Shown here piece after piece: positions 20,401-29,811 of a DNA stretch of 64,000 bases. Both the position numbers and the translations under genes were made by a program. This DNA is from a virus. Every line of letters begins with the position of its first letter. Position 1 is the first letter of the stretch. Under the pieces are notes generated by a model that searched no databases, had not been told where the DNA came from, and worked only from the letters and a program-made list of their open reading frames with translations. The DNA is taken from positions 96,001 through 160,000 of the IMG/VR virus record IMGVR_UViG_3300045988_052724, one strand, 5' to 3'.

Positions 20401-23400
20401 TCCAAGCACCAGTTAACTCCAACTTTAGACCAGGGTTATTCTGTCCAGAAATGCCAAATTCTCTCATACCTGGGCAATTGTCAATAGTTACCTGAACTAA
20501 GGGACTTACAGAGTTATTAATAGAAGAGTAAGGAATCCGGATAGTTTCCATCTTCTCACAATTCCTAATAATTACAGTCTTTACATTAGAAGGTACCGAT
20601 AAAGTCTTTATTGCACTACAGTTATTTATCTCTATAGACGTCAGTTTTAGGCAGTCTTCAATAAGTAGTGATTCAAGAAAGGATTGATTCTCTAACTTCA
20701 AACTAGTGATATCAGTTCCTGACATATTTAATACTTTCAGTACAGCAGATGTTGGGAACGTAATCTTAGTAATAGTAGAATAGGAAACATCTAACTCCTG
20801 GATTTTGTGACATCCACTTAAGTCTAATGTATACGCAAATGCAGTGGAACCAATAGGCTTTACTTTACTTAGATTTAGTTTCTTAATGTTCTTTAGACCT
20901 ATGTCATTAGCCTTGTTATATACACCTCCTTGGAAGAAATAAGCTGCATCCACATTGCCTAATCCACTTAAATCAAGTTCTTGCAACATAGGTAGATTAA
21001 TATTATCTAAACCAGTCCAAGGATAACTTTTGAATTTAGTAAAGTCAGTAATATATTTGTTAGCATACATATACACCACGGTCTCACCAGTAGGCATAGG
21101 TAATATAACTGACGTGGGAGTATCTGTAATCCAGAATGCACCAGTAGTCTTATCATGTGAATAATGATAAAGTATTTGGCTACTCGCTGTTATATCAGTA
21201 CTGAATCTTACTTCGGTAGCAGAACCTGTAGCTTTGTTAGAAGCCCATAGTCCAGTAATAGGAGATTCAATAGTAGTAGGTAATAGATTAGTATTATCCT
21301 TATAACCATATACTCCGTCTAAGAACATAATCCTCTTTCTAAACCAATCCTTAACGTGCATTACACGATTACCATGTAAGAACTTTAACTGACTAAAGTC
21401 TGTACTATCCTCATATTTACCAGTGTTTGGGTCATATGTCTTAGATATAGCAAGATACTTAATCTTATAATCATAGTTAAACATGATAGAACCTGTCTTC
21501 TCTGTATATGATTGATAGTAATCCTTAATAAATTTGTCAGGGTCAGGGAACAGGTTAGTTCTTAGATTTACATATAATGATTCTAAGCTAGTTCTACTCT
21601 CTGTGCTACCACTATCTATGCCAGCTAAGTTTTCAAGCACCTCCCATATTCTATTCCACCAAGAGGCAAAGAACTGCTTATAGCTATCAGATGATACATA
21701 ATTCTTCTCCTGTGTGTATTGGGTAATGCCAGTATCTTGTGAAGCAATATTATACCACCTATGTAAATGTGCCCAATATTCTACAATATCTTGTCCGGCA
21801 TTATTAAGCCCAAATGCTGTATCCATATCATAGAAACAGCAATACCATACATCTGTACCCCAACTACGAATAGTTAAATTCTTACACATTGAGTCCACAC
21901 AACCAAATAGTAATGCAATCATAAAATAAGCACAAGCGTTATCCCAGTTTAGGTGTTGGTCACAAGCACTAAAGTTATAATAAGCATTCTTATCCAAATC
22001 GTAGAACTCTCCAGGAATAGGCTTAGTAGGAGTCTGCCCAGCGTCATCCATTGTATATTTCTGGATACGAGTAAGAGCCATATTAGCCATCTGAGTATAG
22101 AACTTCTGCACTTGATTATATCCAATTGCCTCGTCTCTGGATGTATACATTACGTCACCCATAAACTGTACAATCTTCATATCGTCTTGTTGGAATGCAC
22201 CTTGAGCAGAAGAGTTCTGGTTTATTTCAACAGAGTATACTCCATTACTAACACCTGTATTCCACCTGCTAGCATCTTCTGTGTAATCTGTTACTAGTGT
22301 TGGTCCATCTTGGTTTACTTTAGTGTAGTCTAAAAGTAATTTTAGTCCAAGATTGAAGTAAGCATACCTACCCAGGTTGAAATTGTATATACCGCAGAAT
22401 TTAGGTTGTTTGATGGTACCATCAGCATCTGGTGCATATCTAATAAATAGTAACACTGGGAAACCTTCTGAGGTATGTTTAATCTTACCCCTAATAGCAT
22501 TGGCCTTATCAGCATCCCCTCCCCAAACATCATTACCTAACGACATGGGTGGGGTTGCTCCAAATGGAGTAATAGATTGTCCAGAAGTGTTCTTGGCTCT
22601 ACCATTTACAATCTGACCAATTACTACGTTATTAACGTGTGCAGAGTCTACTACGTCAGCCTTTAATGTAAACTCATTCTCTGGCAACCAATCATCAGTA
22701 GGTTGGAATAGCATCTTCTTACCGGTCTGGTCAACATCACCCATATAAATCTCAAAGTTCTTAGCATTATAAGACAGTGAAGACGTACCCTGTAAACCAA
22801 TAGTAACACCATTATTCTCTGACACTCCACTAGGAGTATTAATAACTACTTTACCCTTACTATCTTGATAAGTAATTTTAACGGGGAATTTCTTGCCCAT
22901 TACTTCTACCTTATCAGATGCAGAGAATATTGCAGTTGAATATGGTTCAAATAGTGTAGGGCTGTTAGATGTTTCCTCTACTAACACAATAGGATAAGGT
23001 GTGTTAATTTCCATTTGCTCTACTAACTTAGAGTATAATAACTCACCTGTTAGGAAACCACCCTTACCTCCATCCAGAGTCTTATCCCATATTAAGCAGT
23101 TACCTGCACTATCAAATAGATTCTTAGTTCTTAACTCAGCATCTAAAGATGCATCAATCTGACCTCTTACAAGTCTTGCCTGTTCAGTGGCAGATATATA
23201 GTTCTGAACAATAGCATATTCACTCTGTGAAGATGTATAAATCTTAATATCATAAATATTAACATCAGAGAATCTACTTCTTACCCCATTATCATTTCTA
23301 CATCCGAAATAGAAGTCAGTACCAAACATCCAGTCAATATCGGATTGTAGTACCCTACTTACAGCAGACAGCACACCATTGACATAGATTTTAAAGTACC

Positions 23401-25222
23401 AAGCATTTCCTGATAGTAATGATACATCTAGGTCTACAGTAAGTAACTCATTCTGCGGAAGTTTAACTGTAAGTGTATCAGCAGAACCAATCTTACATAC
23501 AGCTTTCTCTAATGATACTTCATAACCAGTTTTTAATTCACCATCCTCATACTGACCTATACCGCATACTACTTCTTCTGGATAAGAAGAGGCGTCTGCC
23601 TTATAAGTACAGGATATATGGAATCCCATAGGTTGGAAGAATGATACACCAGCACCAATATCAATGGCAGGGAACATAACATCCGCTACTTCAAGATAAC
23701 CGTAAGCCTCACCACTCAGTCTTGTTGCAGGTATTTGATTCACACCATCAATGTCCTGAATAAAACCACTAGTTTTACCATTTACTCCCTTTAGAGTAAA
23801 ATTCACACCATCTGGGAACTTAGATGCGAATGCACCCTCGTATATGAAATCCCCGCTAGTTTTGATAGGATAATTCCAAGTACCAGTAGAAGTGTTAGGG
23901 AATCCAGTAATTTTACTATAATACGCAAGTAGTGTATGTAGGTCATTGTTAGCATATAAGTCAGTACTTACACTCTCTACTATCCTACAAGTAACTGTCT
24001 TGGTATATTGAGCAGAAGTATCACCAGGGTCATTTACTGCATATCCAAATAGGGTGATTCTTAAATACTCATCATCCTTATTAACAGATAGGTTTACTGT
24101 ACTATATACAAATCTATTAGTTTCACTCTTATTAATATTCTTAATTGTACCTGTGTCGAGTAATGATACTTCACCACTTCTATTCATTAGATGGATTTTA
24201 TAATCCATGTTGAATGTACTATACTTACTAAGACCATAACTAAAGTAATAACTAAATCCTAATTGAGAACCCTGACCATACTGTGTTAAATCCTCAAGAG
24301 TTTCTCCGGGATTTGAGGATGGGGTAAACTCTGTAATATCCTCGGTTACAATAACTAAGTTATTACTATCTGCTACAGTAATGTCGAATTTAATCTGTTC
24401 AGACTGTATTACATCACCATTAAGTGTAGTACTTGCCTGTGCTATAAAATAGAATCTTTGTCCAGCTTTTGGATTAAAGTGCTCACTCTCAAACAGTAGC
24501 TTACGAGCGTCATAACTTAGTGCACGAATAGCTGTAGTAATGTTACCTACCCTAGCAACTTCAATACCATTAATAGTCATCCAGAACTCGGCAGGGCTTT
24601 GCAGGATATTATTAGTTACAGTGTAGTTAAGAGGTACTTCTGCAACACCACCCATATACATAGTCTTAGGTGGTATAGATTGAATCTCTAAAGAGATGGC
24701 ACCAGCCACAATCTTTACGTATGTAGGAGTGGTGTATACATTATCACTATCATAGGCAGACAATTCTACGTCAGTAGTTCCAGATAATCCAGTAATGGTA
24801 ATGTCTGTTCTAGCCATAGAGTACTTCTTCCATGTTCCTAATGTTTTGTTGGTAGCCAAATCTTTAGCAATTACAGTAAATGACTTTTTAACACCACCAC
24901 TTTTAATTAAGATATTAAGTGTAACAGTATTAGTAGCTGTATAGACTGTACTACCTTCAGCTACATCAATGGTGTATTCTGAGCCATCCCCTCCACCACC
25001 GCCGCCTCCACCACCGCCGATTGCACCATTAAGGTACACCCAGGCTAGGTTTTGTTCTAACTTAGTCATTCTATTATCTAGCTTTGTGAAGCCATTGTCA
25101 ATAGAAACTGATTCCCCAGCTTCATTTAAGAAGCCAGGGTTTGTCAGTTCCAATTCTGAAGCATTAGAAGCACCGTCGATTACCCATCTTCCAGTTACTT
25201 CATCATAATGTTTTATTTTCAT
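17477..25222 (-). CDS. Giant multidomain virion-module protein (2581 aa): N-domain, Gly10 linker, LamG-like, CotH-like and leucine-rich repeat regions
   Basis: GLQGTSSLSYNAKNFEIYMGD and WYCCFYDMDTAFGLNNAG resemble CotH kinase-fold motifs (about 21300-22900). Classical LRRs are present (LDLSG…LNLSK…LDVSYSTITKI…LNMSGTDITSL). Many BspA-type repeats follow (F.GC.NL…) at about 17500-21000. Confidence 0.6.
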   Translation of the reverse strand: MKIKHYDEVTGRWVIDGASNASELELTNPGFLNEAGESVSIDNGFTKLDNRMTKLEQNLAWVYLNGAIGGGGGGGGGGDGSEYTIDVAEGSTVYTATNTVTLNILIKSGGVKKSFTVIAKDLATNKTLGTWKKYSMARTDITITGLSGTTDVELSAYDSDNVYTTPTYVKIVAGAISLEIQSIPPKTMYMGGVAEVPLNYTVTNNILQSPAEFWMTINGIEVARVGNITTAIRALSYDARKLLFESEHFNPKAGQRFYFIAQASTTLNGDVIQSEQIKFDITVADSNNLVIVTEDITEFTPSSNPGETLEDLTQYGQGSQLGFSYYFSYGLSKYSTFNMDYKIHLMNRSGEVSLLDTGTIKNINKSETNRFVYSTVNLSVNKDDEYLRITLFGYAVNDPGDTSAQYTKTVTCRIVESVSTDLYANNDLHTLLAYYSKITGFPNTSTGTWNYPIKTSGDFIYEGAFASKFPDGVNFTLKGVNGKTSGFIQDIDGVNQIPATRLSGEAYGYLEVADVMFPAIDIGAGVSFFQPMGFHISCTYKADASSYPEEVVCGIGQYEDGELKTGYEVSLEKAVCKIGSADTLTVKLPQNELLTVDLDVSLLSGNAWYFKIYVNGVLSAVSRVLQSDIDWMFGTDFYFGCRNDNGVRSRFSDVNIYDIKIYTSSQSEYAIVQNYISATEQARLVRGQIDASLDAELRTKNLFDSAGNCLIWDKTLDGGKGGFLTGELLYSKLVEQMEINTPYPIVLVEETSNSPTLFEPYSTAIFSASDKVEVMGKKFPVKITYQDSKGKVVINTPSGVSENNGVTIGLQGTSSLSYNAKNFEIYMGDVDQTGKKMLFQPTDDWLPENEFTLKADVVDSAHVNNVVIGQIVNGRAKNTSGQSITPFGATPPMSLGNDVWGGDADKANAIRGKIKHTSEGFPVLLFIRYAPDADGTIKQPKFCGIYNFNLGRYAYFNLGLKLLLDYTKVNQDGPTLVTDYTEDASRWNTGVSNGVYSVEINQNSSAQGAFQQDDMKIVQFMGDVMYTSRDEAIGYNQVQKFYTQMANMALTRIQKYTMDDAGQTPTKPIPGEFYDLDKNAYYNFSACDQHLNWDNACAYFMIALLFGCVDSMCKNLTIRSWGTDVWYCCFYDMDTAFGLNNAGQDIVEYWAHLHRWYNIASQDTGITQYTQEKNYVSSDSYKQFFASWWNRIWEVLENLAGIDSGSTESRTSLESLYVNLRTNLFPDPDKFIKDYYQSYTEKTGSIMFNYDYKIKYLAISKTYDPNTGKYEDSTDFSQLKFLHGNRVMHVKDWFRKRIMFLDGVYGYKDNTNLLPTTIESPITGLWASNKATGSATEVRFSTDITASSQILYHYSHDKTTGAFWITDTPTSVILPMPTGETVVYMYANKYITDFTKFKSYPWTGLDNINLPMLQELDLSGLGNVDAAYFFQGGVYNKANDIGLKNIKKLNLSKVKPIGSTAFAYTLDLSGCHKIQELDVSYSTITKITFPTSAVLKVLNMSGTDITSLKLENQSFLESLLIEDCLKLTSIEINNCSAIKTLSVPSNVKTVIIRNCEKMETIRIPYSSINNSVSPLVQVTIDNCPGMREFGISGQNNPGLKLELTGAWNLEVLDLSYTKTEDIVLASLYVNGEPNFSSLRSLDISGTSLYTLKYNDRTFDYLDLTAFPDLENIRAANCKMLTEVRCKNDKDNPIEVALGAFKDCNSLQRVKGHIALQGSEVFRGCNSFYLNPNELYTQFGTDVFLTGDDATNITFDRNLTEVYFMFEDCSNLSYNDFKYLMVRLTDKVTSLEGAFKGCSNISGDLWYDMFRPCPNVNTIKEAFSNTRLSGIFFSRGQDYNPAKDSTWGILDFVPKLTDTEAAFDNTSIEWIDNNVFAPIVNGRTTTYSPLVKIDYMFRGCYSLKSCVSTRTTPITEGFLSSKTFFTNLRNLAGTYPKGVFTGCDKVKMTVDNDASGNTYLFHTVNKVTQSLVLTDSVYNGIKLVGKIGPNVFGGISQTISDNGTTWYIPTFTSIQFPFQYSGGAGLQVNLSEMGSMFQAISSTLRQAVGIFSGLECSDEEGAQSIPADIFKHCTILNSIESFFSGIDINNDGKVYEFPPAGMFDDCVSLQNIRRLFSGCNNLKLKLVGEGFKNCALSDVSYAFENSGVFGMIPYRLFFMTKSKSDGSKVINQTITDMAGVFSGCWCLGYDETRTIDVGSDLITGMTKTVWADHIIQTVGNRVPFKLDVSNMKKSYNYDRNEDPDSEEYNPGEQAFDVWYLDGYGWEGASSSESGLDAAKTRLNERYFKYDSQQKVAISQQDLDRSEVGYQNYMFPTDYFRYCSSNCNFENSLADFTYKSNIKKFDAETGNYSVEGTEEYDGMVGRIPCKLFEALKDNTSLTSVFKGIKFCAFVNLQGQTFTRGIKYPPDLFKYNTKLEDISNIFAQTSIEVGVDINSDLFANNANLKSVSGVWSNCLFDKRAYKAEGTQEIYSQIDFANMFKNNTKITNASNLFAVTVSGASKEKPYGLLLITEDLLKTCYNINNISNMFYYCAALAGAVPPFPSASYPVLNVVSGYLSGVTKANITNAESLEARLVPAEWL

Positions 25223-28200
25223 TGTAATGTCTTTTCAATTACTATATTATTACTTGGGTTAGTAGCACCATTACCTCCAACCTTCTTTAAGTCAGTATAA
25301 GCTATAGGTACATTATACTTATAAGCCCAAACTTTAGTATTATCCTTTAGCTGCAGTTTATAAGACTTACCAAGTATTCTCTCCCTACTAGCTGTGGTCA
25401 TGGATGGCACTTCAACTTCATTTCCCGTTCCTACATTCCATATAATATAGTTAGGATATTGTTGGGCACTGTTAACCTTAACAGTAGCAGTATTAGTATT
25501 TGGGTTTTCAATCTGGCTAGATACAGGATAATATTCTAGTAACCAAGGTATGTTCTTGGCAGGCAACTCTTTATTAGAGGTTAACTTATATCCAGTTGCT
25601 TGACACATTACATATCTTACATAGTTTAGACTAGCGTCAGTAGAGATTTGAACACACTGTCTTTCTCTATCAGGTAGATTGGTATACCATGTTGGGGACA
25701 GTGACTGGTCATATACTATAGGTTCCATTGTCCTATTAGGATTCTCACGTATATATCTTGAATTTGCATATGTATGTTTATGTCCACATAGGCATAGTTT
25801 AAATGCATTATCCTGTAACCATTGACTAAACCAGTAATTACCAACTGTATTTAGATGACTTCCGCCCCTCTTAATATCTAAGTTTTTATCGTAAGAACCA
25901 CCTTCATTATGCTTTAAATAGCTCATAATTAAATCGGCGGTGATGATGGTAAATGGAGCTTCATGACAGAACGCAACCTTCCACTTAATTTTGGCATCAG
26001 CTGCGTGTTGTGCCAAATCAGCAGTTGCCCAGTCTTTTAAGTCATTATATACATTCACGCCAGCTATATCTCCGAACACGTCTGTCCTTGCTAATTCAGT
26101 GATTTCAGAGTTCATAGACAAGAAATAGGTATTGCCATATACGAAACTATAGCAGCAGGGTATGTACACTCCAGCAGACGAAATGGGTACTGTATAAGGG
26201 TGCTCAAATGTAAAGAAAAATTCCACATTGGCGGGATTAGTTTTACTTTTATCTTCCCCATCCCCTAACGTGTATACATCCACAGGGGTTAAATCATTAT
26301 TACCTACTGAATACATTTGCTCTGTATCTCTATAGATAACATCTCCACCCTTGTAATAGTCAATCCATTCGTTAAATCTATTACCATTCTGAGTCTGGTC
26401 TCCAGTATTTAAGCACCATTCATATGGATTCTCAGCTTTATCAGAGTTGATGTATTCTGCACTAACTCTCCACATTTCATATTCTTCTGCATTAAATCCT
26501 TGCTGGTCACTTACTTGTAGGAAGTTAAATCCTCTTTCAATAACCTTATCTCTATTTCTAAGAGTAAATGACCTTTCCTCAGTCCATGCCCCATCTCTAC
26601 CTACCTTGTAATAATACTTCTGAGTATCAGCAGGTTCATCGAAGTCCTTAATGAACTTATGAACTGTAAATGGTGTGCCATCTGTAGTTATGCTTCTAAT
26701 CCTATTATATATTTTATTAGTCCAATTCTTATGATTATCTGGTCTATTAGGATTAGTACTCTCATTCTCAGAGTTAATATCCTCCTTCTTAAAGGATTCA
26801 AATTTATTTTCTGGAGTATAATCTTCACCATCCTTTCTAATCCAGATGTACTCATCGTAGTATCCTACTGATACCCAGTTAAAGCATCTTGTCTTATGGG
26901 CATCATGTCCTAGTGTGCAAGTAACTATGTTAGGAGTACCTTCCACTAATAGATGCTTATTAAAGAATATATTCTTATTCTGTGATGAGTTCTTCGGAGT
27001 ATACTCTTGAATATCAATAGCAGGATTAATTTTGTCCATATTAATATACGTCCAATCCTTAACATTACTCCTAGCACTCAGAGCCTTAGTAGCTTGCTTT
27101 ACTGGGTCCATATTATAGTAACGCATTAATAATACATTACTTCCCTTAGTGGCAATGGGAGATGCCTCACATGGCATTGATTTATCATTATAACTACCTA
27201 TTCCGACTAAGTCCACATACCATTTAATTACTCCGTTAGTAGTCCAAGGTGCAGTACTATTCATAACAGTAGTCTTGAAGTAATCTGTTGTTTCCTCACT
27301 ACTAATGTAGAATGCACAGTCATAGCTAAATTTAATACAATCGTCTTTACTTGACCATATACTATGAGGCTGTACTCCTGCGCCTGTATCTCCAGCAATC
27401 TCAAGCCTTGTATTATTAAGAGTAGCATCTTTAGTCCAATACATATCAGGTTCACCAACTCTAATTAGTGTAGTATTGATGTTCTCTACGGAACATTGAG
27501 CACCCTTAATCAAGAATGTACCTTGAGATTTAAGAGTACCAATTAGAGGTAATGTAACCCAATCTCCACTATTCCTTTCTGTGTAATGTAAGTATAGTCC
27601 TTTTAGATTTAAGTCCTTCTTACCAAGGTTACACAACTCTACGAAATTGTGAGATACTGGATTGTAGTCCTTATCCTCTGATGTTCCTCCGCAGTACACC
27701 ATATTAACATAAATCTTTGGAGAGTCTTTAGAACCCACCTCTTCTGGGATGATAGGGAAATATGGAGTAGTGTAGTAAATTCCAGTACCTTGAGTCTGAG
27801 CATTACCAGCTAAAGTATTCTTATCTAATCTATAATCGTGTATATCTAACTTACCATCCTTAACCTGAATAAGGAATGTATTCTCTTTATTCGTCATGTC
27901 CGCGAACTCAATACCAATAATCTTGGTCTTAGCTCCACTGCCGCTTCCAATGACTTCGGTTAATATTCCATCCATTGTTTCTGGGTCTGGTCCAGGTCCT
28001 GGGTCTTCACCACCACCTGTACTACCTATTTTAATTAATTTATAAGTCTTAGGGTCTTTAATCCATAATGTCTGAGTGTCATAACACCATAACAATTCCT
28101 TTGGTAAGAAATCACCTTTATTAGCTTGCATTTCTGCGTATGTACCACTTTTGATACATATATGCTTAGCATTAGGTAAATACTCTTTATATTCAGTAGG

Positions 28201-28914
28201 TTCAGGTGCATCAGCAAGAACCACATCCTTGTTAGCCTCTTGAGTGGCGTTGTCCTCTTCTTCTGAAGTACCGTAGTTAGGCTCCTCATTAGGCATACCA
28301 TCATAGGCGTACCTCTGATTGTTTCTAAAGTCACCAGAATCTATCTGGCAGTTAAATGCAAACTCTAACTTCTGTACCTTGTCTTGTAGTACTGATATAA
28401 CCTTTAACAGGTCTTGAATCACAGTACTGCTTGTCATATGTTCTTTATTCTCAGAAGTATCTATCCAAATACCTCCCTTATCTTCAGGTGGTGTATCCTG
28501 TATATAAATTTTGGAGAAGGATTCCCAAACAAATCCATTAAAGTAACGTATTTCATTAATATCATTAACGAATACTATTTGCCCCTTAACTCTAAGGTCA
28601 TCCCTATCAAGTAGTTCTTCTAAAGTGTCAACTACTACAATAGACATTCCTCCTCCTCCACCTCCTCCACCTCCTTGTACTTTCCATACGTTCCACACCC
28701 CGTTATAGAATTGATACATATGGTTGCTGTCAGGTGAATTTTTGACGTAACATAGCATACCCTCCTTTAACTTCTTTGTGTTGAGAAAGGCTTCCATATC
28801 ACTCATATTGGTAACTTGGATGTAACCACCACGTAAATCATTAACATCTGCTAGTGCAAAGCTAGCATTGTTCTTGGGTTTTAATTGACCAATTACCTCA
28901 ATATATTCATTCAT
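25219..28914 (-). CDS. Large protein (1231 aa) with a Gly9 linker, a lamin-tail-like domain and a purple-acid-phosphatase-like metallophosphoesterase domain
   Basis: LTD-like: HNFVELCNLGKKDLNLKGLYLHY…GDWVTLPL. Metallophosphatase motif series: VSDQQG, TGDQTQNG, VGNNDL, FCHEAPF, LCGHKHTY. Confidence 0.55.
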   Translation of the reverse strand: MNEYIEVIGQLKPKNNASFALADVNDLRGGYIQVTNMSDMEAFLNTKKLKEGMLCYVKNSPDSNHMYQFYNGVWNVWKVQGGGGGGGGGMSIVVVDTLEELLDRDDLRVKGQIVFVNDINEIRYFNGFVWESFSKIYIQDTPPEDKGGIWIDTSENKEHMTSSTVIQDLLKVISVLQDKVQKLEFAFNCQIDSGDFRNNQRYAYDGMPNEEPNYGTSEEEDNATQEANKDVVLADAPEPTEYKEYLPNAKHICIKSGTYAEMQANKGDFLPKELLWCYDTQTLWIKDPKTYKLIKIGSTGGGEDPGPGPDPETMDGILTEVIGSGSGAKTKIIGIEFADMTNKENTFLIQVKDGKLDIHDYRLDKNTLAGNAQTQGTGIYYTTPYFPIIPEEVGSKDSPKIYVNMVYCGGTSEDKDYNPVSHNFVELCNLGKKDLNLKGLYLHYTERNSGDWVTLPLIGTLKSQGTFLIKGAQCSVENINTTLIRVGEPDMYWTKDATLNNTRLEIAGDTGAGVQPHSIWSSKDDCIKFSYDCAFYISSEETTDYFKTTVMNSTAPWTTNGVIKWYVDLVGIGSYNDKSMPCEASPIATKGSNVLLMRYYNMDPVKQATKALSARSNVKDWTYINMDKINPAIDIQEYTPKNSSQNKNIFFNKHLLVEGTPNIVTCTLGHDAHKTRCFNWVSVGYYDEYIWIRKDGEDYTPENKFESFKKEDINSENESTNPNRPDNHKNWTNKIYNRIRSITTDGTPFTVHKFIKDFDEPADTQKYYYKVGRDGAWTEERSFTLRNRDKVIERGFNFLQVSDQQGFNAEEYEMWRVSAEYINSDKAENPYEWCLNTGDQTQNGNRFNEWIDYYKGGDVIYRDTEQMYSVGNNDLTPVDVYTLGDGEDKSKTNPANVEFFFTFEHPYTVPISSAGVYIPCCYSFVYGNTYFLSMNSEITELARTDVFGDIAGVNVYNDLKDWATADLAQHAADAKIKWKVAFCHEAPFTIITADLIMSYLKHNEGGSYDKNLDIKRGGSHLNTVGNYWFSQWLQDNAFKLCLCGHKHTYANSRYIRENPNRTMEPIVYDQSLSPTWYTNLPDRERQCVQISTDASLNYVRYVMCQATGYKLTSNKELPAKNIPWLLEYYPVSSQIENPNTNTATVKVNSAQQYPNYIIWNVGTGNEVEVPSMTTASRERILGKSYKLQLKDNTKVWAYKYNVPIAYTDLKKVGGNGATNPSNNIVIEKTLQ

Positions 28915-28920
28915 GCTGAT

Positions 28921-28955
28921 AAAAATAAAGGGCTATGTTATTCACACAGCCCTCG
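28921..28955 (-). terminator. Intrinsic terminator
   Basis: The minus-strand stem is AGGGCT / AGCCCT with a 13-nt loop, followed by TTATTTTTAT. It lies just after the stop at 28963. Confidence 0.65.
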
Positions 28956-28962
28956 TTTTATA

Positions 28963-29412
28963 TTACTGTTCTACGAATAAGCTATGAAGCACTTCTAGAA
29001 AATCAGCAGCACATAACTTCTGTCCATTTATTTCAACATCATTGGCTGCATTTACTTCAACAATCTGAGCATACTCATCTTCGTTGAAGTGGGCACAGTC
29101 AGCTACTTCATCCTTACTCCTTTGGTCAAGGTAGGTGTTGTATTCCTCAGTTATTTGCTTATTCCATTCCTTTATCTTCTCTCTCTCATCTTGAGTTAGG
29201 TCACTTTTACTAGCTAACTCTCTATATTCACTCGGAGTTAATTGTGAGATAGCTTCTTGTAAATCATCCTCCACTTGTCTACGAAGTTTACCTAATTCAA
29301 TACGCATTGACATAATCTTTACCTTTAAATCTTTACTGAGTTCCTTGTCCTTATCCCTAAGTATAATCTTAGTAATAAAGTTGTGCCTAATCATCATTTC
29401 GTTTACTGTCAT
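28963..29412 (-). CDS. Hypothetical helical protein (149 aa) in its own promoter-terminator cassette
   Basis: Track ORF bracketed by the promoter at 29442-29472 and the terminator at 28921-28955. Confidence 0.6.
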   Translation of the reverse strand: MTVNEMMIRHNFITKIILRDKDKELSKDLKVKIMSMRIELGKLRRQVEDDLQEAISQLTPSEYRELASKSDLTQDEREKIKEWNKQITEEYNTYLDQRSKDEVADCAHFNEDEYAQIVEVNAANDVEINGQKLCAADFLEVLHSLFVEQ

Positions 29413-29441
29413 AGTCCTTTTCTAATTTTGTTAATTCTGTG

Positions 29442-29472
29442 CAAATATACACATTATTGAGTATGAAACAAA
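29442..29472 (-). promoter_or_regulatory. Bacteroidota sigma-A type promoter (-33 TTTG, 19 nt, -7 TATATTTG)
   Basis: The minus strand reads TTTG-TTTCATACTCAATAATGTG-TATATTTG, about 30 nt upstream of the ATG at 29412. Confidence 0.7.
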
Positions 29473-29511
29473 GTATAGTTAGTTAAAATTATAAAATTAG
29501 CTATGAGACAA

Positions 29512-29775
29512 TCAAATTGACTCATAATTTGCTATGCATTCCTTTACCTTTGTTTCTACTTTCTTCATAAGCTCATCTGTCACTATCCCTTGAGATGTGG
29601 TATAGTATGTAATCTCATTCTTAGAGCAAGAACCACTTACAGACATACCTTCTGTAGTAAAGTTAAAGGAAGCCTCGGAAGGGGCTTGAGTCTCTTCGTA
29701 GTTCATTGTTACATAAACCTCGATAGTATCTACTGTTACTGAACCAGATAAATTAATCATTCTAGTAAATTTCAT
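29512..29775 (-). CDS. Hypothetical protein (87 aa)
   Basis: Track ORF. Confidence 0.5.
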   Translation of the reverse strand: MKFTRMINLSGSVTVDTIEVYVTMNYEETQAPSEASFNFTTEGMSVSGSCSKNEITYYTTSQGIVTDELMKKVETKVKECIANYESI

Positions 29776-29811
29776 AGTTAAAAAAATTAATATTAAATAA
29801 AAACATATAAA

